DNA of 64,000 nucleotides from Candidatus Gastranaerophilales bacterium (GTDB lineage Bacteria; Cyanobacteriota; Vampirovibrionia; Gastranaerophilales; Gastranaerophilaceae): NCBI GenBank assembly GCA_944325525.1, contig CALVAK010000009.1, positions 23,574 to 87,573 of the forward strand, read 5' to 3'. Shown piece by piece: positions 55,874 to 64,000 of this stretch (position 1 is its first letter; each line of letters starts with the position of its first letter). The notes under the pieces were generated by a model. It saw only the letters and a program-made list of their open reading frames with translations, ran no database searches and was not told where the DNA came from. The position numbers and the translations under genes were made by a program.

Positions 55874-56560
55874 ATGAGTAAAACTTATTATAAGATATTT
55901 ATTTGTTTTATATTTATTTTTATATTCACGGCAAACAGTATATATGCAGATGAATACAATAAAGCTGAAAAGTTGTTAAGGAAAGCACAAACAGCAAGTA
56001 TACGTGAGGAAAAATACGAATATATTGTAAATGCCAGAGAAATATATGAGAACAAATATAATCAGAACCAGACAGACATTAAAGCACTTTTAGGACTTTC
56101 AAAAACATTCCAATTAACAAATGACAGAAGCGAAGCTAAATTATATTTGTTAAAAGCATATAATATGAAACCTTATGAAGCAAAACTGCAAAGAGAAATG
56201 GCAGATTTTTACTATAATTTTCAAGAATATTCAACTGCAATAGAATATTATAAACTGGCTCTGGCTTCAGGTTTATTAAAAGATTTTAATACAAACCTTG
56301 CCACGGCAAAATGTTATGAAAAATTAGGCGACCTTAAAAATGCAGAGTTATACTATCAAATTTGTTATCATTTAGATTCAAAATCGAAAAGGATATTAAA
56401 TAAACTTAATGAATATACATCGGAAAAACATCCTGACAACAGTGAAGAGTTGGAAACCGCAAAGTACAAATATCTCTTTAAAGATAAAAAGCTGCCGGAA
56501 TCTGAACAAACAGACAAAGATGCCGATAAAATAATTGAAAATATTAACAGTTATTTTTAA
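55874..56560 (+). CDS. tetratricopeptide repeat protein, secreted or periplasmic
   Basis: Signal-like N-terminus IFICFIFIFIFTANSIYA followed by TPR-like units. Confidence 0.6.
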   Translation: MSKTYYKIFICFIFIFIFTANSIYADEYNKAEKLLRKAQTASIREEKYEYIVNAREIYENKYNQNQTDIKALLGLSKTFQLTNDRSEAKLYLLKAYNMKPYEAKLQREMADFYYNFQEYSTAIEYYKLALASGLLKDFNTNLATAKCYEKLGDLKNAELYYQICYHLDSKSKRILNKLNEYTSEKHPDNSEELETAKYKYLFKDKKLPESEQTDKDADKIIENINSYF

Positions 56561-57175
56561 TTATTTTGATACGTTATTCTGATAAGTATTCACGGCAGAT
56601 TTGCATCTAATATATTCCAAAATAGCACCGCCGATTTCTTCCGTTGGATCAAAGAATTGACTGTTTGGATTAAAAGATTGTTTTATTAACATTTTTGCAA
56701 GCGGACCAAAAGCATCCGGAACAAGAGTCTTTCTGTATATACCTGCTAACATCACCTGTACGTTAGGAGAAGATGTATCATTAAATTTTGAAAGTACGGG
56801 ATACATTTTATCAATTCCTTTTACCCCTTTATCCAGCATCTTGTCAAGGATTTGAAGGGCATCAAGTATTTTTTCTTCAGTATCAGCTGTCTTTAAAAAA
56901 TTTTCAAGATAAGGAAGAGCTTCCTCCCCTAAGTTAACTATTTCACCGGTTCTTTCTTCATTATATATACAATAATTTCTGTTTTCATTAGGATATTCTA
57001 CACCTTGTCCTAATTGAGAAATAAGAAATTGAATTTTTTTTGATAACTCACCGCTTTGATTTATGCCATTAGCATAAACCGGTGAGTTAGAATATTTTGC
57101 TATCAAGTTAGATTGAATCTGCATAATTATCCTTTCATTATGTATATACGTACGGCGGACCGTTTTTAGTTTCAT
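56561..57175 (-). CDS. hypothetical protein (helical repeat, HEAT-like)
   Basis: 204 aa. Its start overlaps the end of the upstream gene, which suggests an operon. Confidence 0.4.
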   Translation of the reverse strand: MKLKTVRRTYIHNERIIMQIQSNLIAKYSNSPVYANGINQSGELSKKIQFLISQLGQGVEYPNENRNYCIYNEERTGEIVNLGEEALPYLENFLKTADTEEKILDALQILDKMLDKGVKGIDKMYPVLSKFNDTSSPNVQVMLAGIYRKTLVPDAFGPLAKMLIKQSFNPNSQFFDPTEEIGGAILEYIRCKSAVNTYQNNVSK

Positions 57176-58721
57176 ACAATATATTATCCGCTAATTGTTT
57201 TAATTCTTCTTTTGTCTTAGTACCACTGTTTAGCTGTCTTGTAAAATCTTCAATTAAAGGTTTTATTGCACTCTCTTTTTTAGATGCAAAATTCCTAATT
57301 TCAACATCAACAAGTCTTTTCCTTAAATCCAATTCAGTTTTTGCATTTTCTTTCATAACCGCAACTTCTTTTATAGCATCTAACCCCTGTTTAAATAAAT
57401 AGCCTATTGCTCCTGAAAGAGTAAAAGCAAGAAATACGTATTTTGTAAATTTATTATCAGAATTTAGAACCCAGTTATATAAATGTCCTCTGTTTTCATC
57501 AATATAGCAATAGTACTGAATTTTTTTCGGAATACCGCCTAGAGCTGTAGGTGCATCTGCAAAAATTGTCTTTTTTGTTTCTTCTACAGTATTTATTATT
57601 TTTTGTATTTCTTCTTCTTGAAGTTTATATTTTTTACATACTTCTTTTATATATTCGGGTTTAGCACAAATAGATTTAAATAAATCAGTAATTTTAGAAA
57701 TATCTTTAACATCCGGTTTTTTTGAAAATTGTTCTATAGCATTAATTGTTTTCTCGACATAATCATTTGCAAATTTCTCTGAGAATTGAGCTGTTTTCTT
57801 TAAATTTGAAACACTTATTTTCCCGGCAGCAAAAGCAGCTATTAAAACAGTAGTTATTAAGGAAATATATTTAATATTTTTAAGATTATCTTCCTTTTTC
57901 TTTTTCTTTTGATTTGTTTTATCACGTGAAGACTTTATATTTAAAGATTGTTCAACATCCGGATTTTTATTTAATTTAATATCAGATTCACCTTTAAAAG
58001 ACAAGAATTTTGTAAAAATATCCGGTGTTTTTTCCTTTTCTTTCTTATGATTAAGAATTTCATCAAAGTACTTAATGTTATTTTTCATAGTTTTATTTAC
58101 AATATTCAGTTTTCCTGAAAAAGAATTTGTTTCAACTTCAATAAGCCCCTCCTGCAAATCTTTTTCAATATCGGCAGCTTGTTTTTTTATCCAAATTTCT
58201 TTAAAACCATCAACAAAATTCTTCGAAATAAGAGTAATCCCGCTCATAAAAAATACAGCAGCTGCACCAAGAATATTTTTAAAATTTGGATCTCTTATAG
58301 CTCTATATATGGCAAACTGGGGTTCTTCTTTTATATTCATATTAACTGCGAGATCAGGCAATTGTTCAAAATTTTTTGAACTTAGCAAAGCTTTTGACGA
58401 TTTTTTTAAAACAGCACTTAAACCTATACAACCCGATAATAAAAGTAGAGTTCCAAAAATTAAAGGTTTTATTGCCTTATTAATATCAAATGAGCTTTCC
58501 TTTTCCGTCTTTTTTGCAGACAAAACGTTATAATAATTTGGATTATCAACTATCAATAAAGAATCTTGTATTTCGTCAAAAGAAATATCACTGTTATTAA
58601 AATTGTTATTTAAATAATTATTAATTAACACCCCTTTTAAAGTCTTATTGATATTTTCATCACGACTTTTTTTTGTGCTTGATTTTTTTGAATTATTTAT
58701 TCGTAATGCTTCAACCTGCAT
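57138..58721 (-). CDS. hypothetical membrane protein, Lys-rich
   Basis: 527 aa with about four TM segments. Its start overlaps the end of gene 58711..59415. Confidence 0.45.
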   Translation of the reverse strand: MQVEALRINNSKKSSTKKSRDENINKTLKGVLINNYLNNNFNNSDISFDEIQDSLLIVDNPNYYNVLSAKKTEKESSFDINKAIKPLIFGTLLLLSGCIGLSAVLKKSSKALLSSKNFEQLPDLAVNMNIKEEPQFAIYRAIRDPNFKNILGAAAVFFMSGITLISKNFVDGFKEIWIKKQAADIEKDLQEGLIEVETNSFSGKLNIVNKTMKNNIKYFDEILNHKKEKEKTPDIFTKFLSFKGESDIKLNKNPDVEQSLNIKSSRDKTNQKKKKKEDNLKNIKYISLITTVLIAAFAAGKISVSNLKKTAQFSEKFANDYVEKTINAIEQFSKKPDVKDISKITDLFKSICAKPEYIKEVCKKYKLQEEEIQKIINTVEETKKTIFADAPTALGGIPKKIQYYCYIDENRGHLYNWVLNSDNKFTKYVFLAFTLSGAIGYLFKQGLDAIKEVAVMKENAKTELDLRKRLVDVEIRNFASKKESAIKPLIEDFTRQLNSGTKTKEELKQLADNILYETKNGPPYVYT

Positions 58722-59415
58722 TTTTATTACGTTTCCTGATTTTATTTACAACGTTAATAAGATATTTCTTTATCTCTCTTGACTTAAAAATTGAAAGAGT
58801 TTCATCATTTTTATAATTTTCCTCTTCCATATTTGACATAAAAAACAGAAAAATTTTTTTTGCTTGCCTTTTGATATTTTCCGTAAGTTTTTTATCAATA
58901 AAGTTTTTTAAATCACCAAAGAGAGCAGCAAGTTTTTCAGATACATTCAACAAGAAATTACCTAATGACTGCTGAAACAAGGCAAATTTTTCAATAAGCT
59001 TAGGAATCTGTACTGCAAGATTTAATAACGGAAAAATAATATTATTTGCAATAAAGTTTAAAAAAGTAAAGATACTTTTAGGAATATTGTTTTCAATATT
59101 TTGAATTGCATTTTTTATTTTGTCAGCGATTTCCTGAATAGTTTTATTTAGCAGCTTAGCGAATTCTATTTGTCTTTCAAAAACAGTTTTAGCATTTTCA
59201 ATTCTTGCATCTTTAGCTTTTAAAGCAAGACCAGCAGCATAACATTTAATCCAGGACCATTCATTTGAGCGTATTGATTTTTCCATAACAGAATCTCTTG
59301 TTTTAGCAGCACCACCCATACCGCCACCACTGCATATAGGGCAGGCACTCGGAACAAGTCCGTGAGGACAAAGTCCTGTTCTGTTTGATGTAGGATTTGT
59401 TATTGAAGTAGACAT
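58711..59415 (-). CDS. hypothetical protein with N-terminal Cx8CxxC motif
   Basis: 234 aa. The N-terminus GLCPHGLVPSACPICSGGGMGG is followed by a helical or hydrophobic body. It is the first gene after the structured leader. Confidence 0.45.
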   Translation of the reverse strand: MSTSITNPTSNRTGLCPHGLVPSACPICSGGGMGGAAKTRDSVMEKSIRSNEWSWIKCYAAGLALKAKDARIENAKTVFERQIEFAKLLNKTIQEIADKIKNAIQNIENNIPKSIFTFLNFIANNIIFPLLNLAVQIPKLIEKFALFQQSLGNFLLNVSEKLAALFGDLKNFIDKKLTENIKRQAKKIFLFFMSNMEEENYKNDETLSIFKSREIKKYLINVVNKIRKRNKNAG

Positions 59416-59445
59416 AAAAAAACCTTACTTTTGTTAATGTAAGGT
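59416..59445 (-). terminator. leader terminator that also sequesters the SD, directly abutting the start codon
   Basis: 7-bp stem, 10-nt loop, U6, then AUG. The 3' arm GUAAGGU contains the only SD-like AAGG. Confidence 0.55.
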
Positions 59446-59552
59446 ACTCAATTATATGCCGGCCGGATTTCGCAGCCAAACACAAAACAGAGCATTCCGA
59501 CTTTAACGGCCGCGATCCGGCTAAGGATTTTCACCTTATTTCCTCATACTAA
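59416..59552 (-). promoter_or_regulatory. structured 5' leader with terminator and antiterminator alternatives (riboswitch or attenuator candidate, class unknown)
   Basis: On the - strand: UAAGG/CCUUA hairpin (59534-59538 / 59522-59526); 14-bp GC-rich helix (59508-59521 with 59462-59477, AA bulge); terminator ACCUUAC/GUAAGGU (59439-59445 / 59422-59428) followed by U6 and then the AUG. Confidence 0.55.
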
Positions 59553-59559
59553 CCAGTAA

Positions 59560-59588
59560 ATTTTAACTCATAAAAAAACTTATGTAAA
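59560..59588 (-). promoter_or_regulatory. sigma70-like promoter for the leader and operon
   Basis: On the - strand: TTTACA (59588-59583), a 17-nt spacer, TAAAAT (59565-59560). Confidence 0.5.
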
Positions 59589-59657
59589 TATAGAAGATTT
59601 TTTATATAGTATTCTTTCTATTAACCGGAAAAGGAAATTGTGCCATATAAACCCATC

Positions 59658-60755
59658 TTATATATTAAATCTAAAATGAACAATATCGCCGTCTTGAATA
59701 ATATAATCCTTACCTTCAAGCCTTGTTAAGCCTTTATCTCTGGCCGCAGCATACGAACCTGCAGAAACGAAATCATTATAGCTCGTTACTTCAGCTCTTA
59801 TAAATCCTTTTTCAAAATCAGTATGAATAACACCTGCGGCTTTAGGAGCTTTTGAACCTGATTTTACAGTCCAGGCATGTACTTCTTTTTCGCCGGCTGT
59901 TATAAATGTTGTTAAATTCAACAACTTATATACAGACTGAATCATACGTTCAATTCCGGAATTTTTTACGCCCAGATCAGCCAAATAAGCTTTTGCTTCT
60001 TCTTCAGAAAGATCAACCAATTCGGCTTCAATTTTTGCCGAAATAACAACAACATCAGCATTATGTTTGGCAGCATATTCTTTTACTTTATCAACATACG
60101 CATTTCCAGAAGCTAAATCGGTTTCACTAACGTTTGCTGCATAAATAACAGGCTTAATACACATTAGTTGTGAATTTTTTGCGACTTCAATTTCATCACC
60201 TTCAAAATGATCTTCAATATTAATAAACATAGCATCCGATAAAAGGTCATTTAATTTTGATAAAACTTTATACTCAAGGTTTGCCTGTTTATCCCCGCTT
60301 TTAACCTGTTTTGAAAGTCGTTCAAGTCTTCTTTCAATAGAAGCCATATCTGCTAAAGCAAGTTCTGTATTTATAGTTTCAATATCATCAATCGGATTAA
60401 TTTTACCGGCAACGTGGATTGTATTATCATCATCAAAACATCTTACCACCTGTATAATAGCATCAACTTCTCTTATATTGTGAAGAAATTGATTTCCAAG
60501 TCCTTCTCCTTTGCTGGCACCTTTTACGAGTCCCGCAATATCAACAAACTCTATTGTAGTCGGAATTACAACATTTGTTTTAACAAGATTTTTTAATATT
60601 TCCAATCTTTCATCAGGCACATTAACAACACCTACATTAGGTTCTATTGTACAAAACGGATAATTTTCGCTCTGTGCATTTTTAGAAGAAGTTAATGCAT
60701 TAAACAAAGTTGATTTACCTACATTAGGCAGTCCTACAATACCTGCTCTTAACAT
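59658..60755 (-). CDS. ychF: redox-regulated ribosome-binding ATPase YchF
   Basis: GIVGLPNVGKSTLFNALT P-loop and the C-terminal TGS-like domain DGDIVHFRFN. Confidence 0.92.
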   Translation of the reverse strand: MLRAGIVGLPNVGKSTLFNALTSSKNAQSENYPFCTIEPNVGVVNVPDERLEILKNLVKTNVVIPTTIEFVDIAGLVKGASKGEGLGNQFLHNIREVDAIIQVVRCFDDDNTIHVAGKINPIDDIETINTELALADMASIERRLERLSKQVKSGDKQANLEYKVLSKLNDLLSDAMFINIEDHFEGDEIEVAKNSQLMCIKPVIYAANVSETDLASGNAYVDKVKEYAAKHNADVVVISAKIEAELVDLSEEEAKAYLADLGVKNSGIERMIQSVYKLLNLTTFITAGEKEVHAWTVKSGSKAPKAAGVIHTDFEKGFIRAEVTSYNDFVSAGSYAAARDKGLTRLEGKDYIIQDGDIVHFRFNI

Positions 60756-60925
60756 ATATTTCCCCTTTCAATCTATGTAAAGCGTAATATAAAAATGCTC
60801 TCTTCGCAATACATTATTTGAAAAATCAATATTTTATATCTCATTTAAAGATTAACAAATGAAAAATTTTAAGGTACACTTAATATAAGTAAATAAGAAA
60901 AAAACGAATAAAAAATGAATAAAAA

Positions 60926-61513
60926 ATGAATAAAAAATATAAATACATTGATACAGAATCAAAAGAACTTTTTAATTTAAATGTTAAAGCACGGCTTTTA
61001 ACTAAAAAATATTCAAATTTAGATTATGATAATTTTGAAGAAAAAGAGGCAATTTTAAAAGAATTGTTCGGTTCAATCGGCAATAATGTTCAGATTGATG
61101 AATACTTTTTTTGTGACTTCGGAAAAAACATATATATAGGGAATGATGTAATAATAAATTCCGGCTGCACTTTTATTGATAATAAAGAAATACATATAGG
61201 AAATAAAGTACTGATTGCACCGAATGTACAAATATACACGGCTTATCATCCTTTATTACCGGAAGAGAGATTAAAGGAGAAAAAAGAGGGTTCAACCTGC
61301 TATTTTACGACATGTGCAGACCCTGTAATGATAAAGGACGGAGTGTGGATTGGAGGAGGAACAATCGTTCTACCTGGCGTTACGATAGGAGAAAACAGTG
61401 TAATTGGAGCCGGAAGTGTTGTAAACCGTTCAATACCGGACAACTGTGTTGCTGTCGGAAATCCCTGCCACGTAATTAAAACTTTTGATGATATAAGAGA
61501 AAATAATGTATAA
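60926..61513 (+). CDS. maa: maltose/galactoside O-acetyltransferase (left-handed beta-helix)
   Basis: Hexapeptide repeats (IGNDVIINSGCTF, IGNKVLIAPNVQI, VWIGGGTIVLPGVTIGENSVIGAGSVV) and the family-typical N-terminal region. Confidence 0.8.
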   Translation: MNKKYKYIDTESKELFNLNVKARLLTKKYSNLDYDNFEEKEAILKELFGSIGNNVQIDEYFFCDFGKNIYIGNDVIINSGCTFIDNKEIHIGNKVLIAPNVQIYTAYHPLLPEERLKEKKEGSTCYFTTCADPVMIKDGVWIGGGTIVLPGVTIGENSVIGAGSVVNRSIPDNCVAVGNPCHVIKTFDDIRENNV

Positions 61514-62564
61514 AAATATTGTATTTGATGTCGATGGAACTTTAATAAATACAGAATATGCTGTTTTGCACTCATTGCAAGACACTTTAAAAGTATTACT
61601 GAACAAAATTTATAAAATTGAAGAATTGGAATTTGTACTCGGTATCACAGGCGAAGCTGCAATAAAGCAGATGGGAATTACAAATGCAACAGAAACGGTC
61701 GTTTTATGGAATAAAAAGCTGAACAACTACAAAAATTCTGTCTGTGTTTTTGACGGAATAAAAGATTTACTACAAAAACTTTCAACTGATTATAAATTAG
61801 GAATAGTAACATCTAAAACATAATCCGAATTTGACAAAGAAGTTACACATTTCGGATTTAACAAATATTTTGGAATAATTATCTGTGCTGATGATACACA
61901 AAAACACAAACCGAATCCAGAACCTCTCCTAAAATATATGGAACTTGCTAATGCAAAACCGGAAGAAATTCTTTATATCGGCGACAGTGTTTATGATATG
62001 CAGTGTGCAAAATTATCCGGTGTTGATTTTGCCTTTGCAAAATGGGGAAACAAAAGACAAAATATTGAAGCAAAATTTACACTTTTAAATCCGTTAGATT
62101 TATTAAATTGTCTGTCAATAGACATTATTGAGGATTCAGAAAGAACACAGCCGTTAATCAATACTCTTATAGATATCTGGGAAAAGTCTGTCAGAGCAAC
62201 ACATTTGTTTTTACTGGAACGTGAAATTTTGAATATCAAAGAAAATTTTCTGCCTGATGCACTGAAAAATATTTCTCATCTGGTTATAGCTCAAGAGAAT
62301 ACCAATATTGTTGCTTTTATGGGTATAGAAAAACAAAAACTGGAAATGCTGTTTGTTACCCCGGAAAAAAGAGGAAAAGGCATAGGTAAAAAATTAATTG
62401 AGTACGGAATTAAAAAATTTTCGATTAATGAACTGACTGTAAACGAACATAATCTACTGGCAAAAGGATTTTATGAACATCTCGGATTTAAGATTTATAA
62501 AAAGTCAAAAATTGATGAACAAGGAAAATCTTATCCTATTTTGTATATGCGGTTGAATGACTAA
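61506..62564 (+). pseudogene. HAD-superfamily phosphatase fused to a GNAT acetyltransferase domain, interrupted by an in-frame TAA
   Basis: HAD motif I is FDVDGTLINT and motif II is IVTSK. A TAA follows at 61821-61823. The same frame then continues stop-free through SEFDKEV...KHKPNPEPLL...YIGDSVYDMQCA (motifs III/IV) into a GNAT core (VTPEKRGKGIGKKLI). Confidence 0.6.
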
Positions 62565-62764
62565 ATTTTTTCTTTTAAATCAACACTTTTATCGCTTTTT
62601 ACCGTTATTAAATAATATTTCCTACTTTTACCATCATGTGCTAATAACTTTTTCAAATCAGATTCAAGATAAATAAGTTCAACATCTGCATCTTCTGCCA
62701 TGTTAAAGCAAGGGTTATATTCATTACCTTCATATTGACCTTCATTATATACAACAATTAACAT
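62561..62764 (-). CDS. hypothetical small protein
   Basis: 67-aa ORF with no motif recognised. Confidence 0.3.
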   Translation of the reverse strand: MLIVVYNEGQYEGNEYNPCFNMAEDADVELIYLESDLKKLLAHDGKSRKYYLITVKSDKSVDLKEKI

Positions 62765-62787
62765 AAAATTTATGGTAATATCTAAAT

Positions 62788-63318
62788 ATGAATGATATTA
62801 AAATAAGACTTGCAACCGTTGAGGATGCAAAAGATATTTTAAAAATATACGAGTACTATGTACTGAATACTGCAATTTCTTTTGAGTACGCAATTCCAAC
62901 GCTTGATGAATTTAAGACCAGAATAAAAAAAACTTTAAAAAAATATCCTTATTACATCGCATTGATTGATGATAAAATAGTCGGTTATGCTTATGCCTCT
63001 CCTTTTGGAGAAAGGGAAGCATACAAATATTCTGTCGAATTAAGTATCTATATTGATAAAGACTATAAAAGAAAAGGTATTGGTAGACTTTTGTATGATA
63101 AGCTGGAACAAGAATTAAAAACAAACGGAATAACAAATCTATATGCCCTTATTGTTACACAGAGAAAAGAGGACAAATATTTAAATTTTGACAGCGAAAA
63201 TTTCCACAAAAGTTTAGGATTTAAACAAGTTGGTAAATGCAGTAAATGCGGATATAAATTTAACCGCTGGTATGATGTAATTTATACTGAAAAAATTATA
63301 AAAGAGCATTGGATGTGA
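62788..63318 (+). CDS. GNAT family N-acetyltransferase, phosphinothricin acetyltransferase-like
   Basis: IRLATVEDAKDILKIY, the acetyl-CoA motif YKRKGIGRLLYDKL, and C-terminal KFNRWYDV typical of the PAT/bar-like subgroup. Confidence 0.7.
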   Translation: MNDIKIRLATVEDAKDILKIYEYYVLNTAISFEYAIPTLDEFKTRIKKTLKKYPYYIALIDDKIVGYAYASPFGEREAYKYSVELSIYIDKDYKRKGIGRLLYDKLEQELKTNGITNLYALIVTQRKEDKYLNFDSENFHKSLGFKQVGKCSKCGYKFNRWYDVIYTEKIIKEHWM

Positions 63319-63321
63319 AAT

Positions 63322-63651
63322 ATGAAATATAAATGTAAAATTACTGTTTTAAAAAGAGAATGCTATACAGATTTGCAGGAAAAATATCTTGCAAATCCAA
63401 AATCGGGGAAGTGTGAATTTTTCAAAGAAGGACAAGAATTTGTTGTAGACAATAATGATTTCTTTAGAATAATGCACGGTAAATTTTGTGCTGAAGCATG
63501 GGATTGCATAAGCAGATATGTATATGCTGCTCTTCAAGGCGGCTCTATAATGAGCGGATGGACAAACGATGAAAAAATTATGATAACCTGCTGTAATGAC
63601 GGAACAAGACCTGTTATATTTAAACTTGAAAGAATCGACGAAGAAGAATAA
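63322..63651 (+). CDS. small Cys-rich protein, TIGR04076-like
   Basis: 109 aa. The pattern KCKITVLKRECY...GKCEFF...FCAEAWDCI...ITCCNDGTRPVIFKLERI resembles that family; this is recalled from memory and was not searched. Confidence 0.45.
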   Translation: MKYKCKITVLKRECYTDLQEKYLANPKSGKCEFFKEGQEFVVDNNDFFRIMHGKFCAEAWDCISRYVYAALQGGSIMSGWTNDEKIMITCCNDGTRPVIFKLERIDEEE

Positions 63652-63671
63652 AAGTTTACCGGTCAACATAA

Positions 63672-64000
63672 CTATTTTAGTTTCCATGTGGAAAATCTCG
63701 GAATCCACATAGGTACATTCTTTTTGTAATTCTTATACTCTTCACCAAAGTTATTTTCAAGCTGTCTTTCTTCAAAAACATAAAAATAAATATTATTAAT
63801 TATAAAAAACAAAAAAGCCCACCAGACCAACTGAATTGCACTAAAAAAGAAACATTCCGAAATTAAAATAAGCAAAACACCTATAATCATAGGATTTCTA
63901 ACAAAACAATAAGGTCCTTTTACAATAAGATTTTTAGGCGGATTCCATGGAGCTAATGTACCTTTCCCAACTTTAGCAAATAATATCATTGTCCATATAG
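63672..64000 (-). CDS. isoprenylcysteine carboxyl methyltransferase / phospholipid methyltransferase family protein (5' end beyond the window)
   Basis: LIVKGPYCFVRNPMIIG and EERQLENNFGEEYKNYKKNVP motifs. The reading frame is still open at position 64000. Confidence 0.6.
   Translation of the reverse strand, partial: IWTMILFAKVGKGTLAPWNPPKNLIVKGPYCFVRNPMIIGVLLILISECFFFSAIQLVWWAFLFFIINNIYFYVFEERQLENNFGEEYKNYKKNVPMWIPRFSTWKLK

Noticed and set aside
59460-59525. The GC-rich hairpin could be SRP (4.5S) RNA because of a GCAGCC-like string, or a cobalamin riboswitch because of GGTGAAAATCC.
   Set aside because: For SRP RNA, there is no GNAR tetraloop with the conserved symmetric and asymmetric loops of domain IV on either strand. 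For the cobalamin riboswitch, there is no B12 box and the element is far too short for that aptamer. The class is left unknown.
44797-61823. Two in-frame TAA codons in otherwise intact domains could indicate stop-codon reassignment or programmed readthrough.
   Set aside because: The large majority of well-supported genes in the window terminate at TAA at the expected family length. TGA also appears as a normal stop (gene 4164..5687). Two isolated events fit nonsense mutations or consensus errors better.

Overview
The window is a visibly AT-rich bacterial chromosomal segment from a diderm organism. It encodes a Skp chaperone, a Pmp-repeat autotransporter and a predicted beta-barrel outer membrane protein (OMP).

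Core metabolism and housekeeping genes dominate:
- Housekeeping: trpS, wecB, fabF, etfBA, nadBC, apt, maf, ald, pyrF, tpiA, ychF, mrnC and tRNA-Pro.
- Respiration: a contiguous 11-gene nuoABCDHIJKLMN operon with no nuoEFG.
- Flagellar: an isolated flhB-fliA pair.

The gene content (11-subunit NDH-1, a sucrose-transporter-like MFS, flagellar genes, low GC) would fit a non-photosynthetic cyanobacteria-related (Melainabacteria-like) gut lineage. That placement is only an inference.

The accessory or unusual content is:
1. **Paralog array (302-5951), downstream of the 3' end of tRNA-Pro.** It holds three two-gene modules, each a Kelch-like membrane protein plus a truncated small ORF. A 25-26 bp GTAG-plus-hairpin element recurs through it in both orientations and is partly embedded in reading frames.
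2. **Two ~165-nt direct repeats (13694-13860 and 20135-20304, ~90% identical).** Their differences preserve a rod-like secondary structure on the + strand, which makes them a structured ncRNA candidate. They bracket the skp-autotransporter module.
3. **A 1.7k-aa protein.** It has RTX-like N-terminal repeats, a central hydrophobic hairpin, tandem helical repeats and a calpain-like Cys/His/Asn C-terminal domain.
4. **A GC-rich structured 5' leader with mutually exclusive terminator and antiterminator pairings.** It lies upstream of an operon of three proteins of unknown function.
5. **Two genes interrupted by single in-frame TAA codons.** One of them also carries a frameshift at an A6 tract.

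No CRISPR array, transposase, recombinase or phage gene was recognised in the window.
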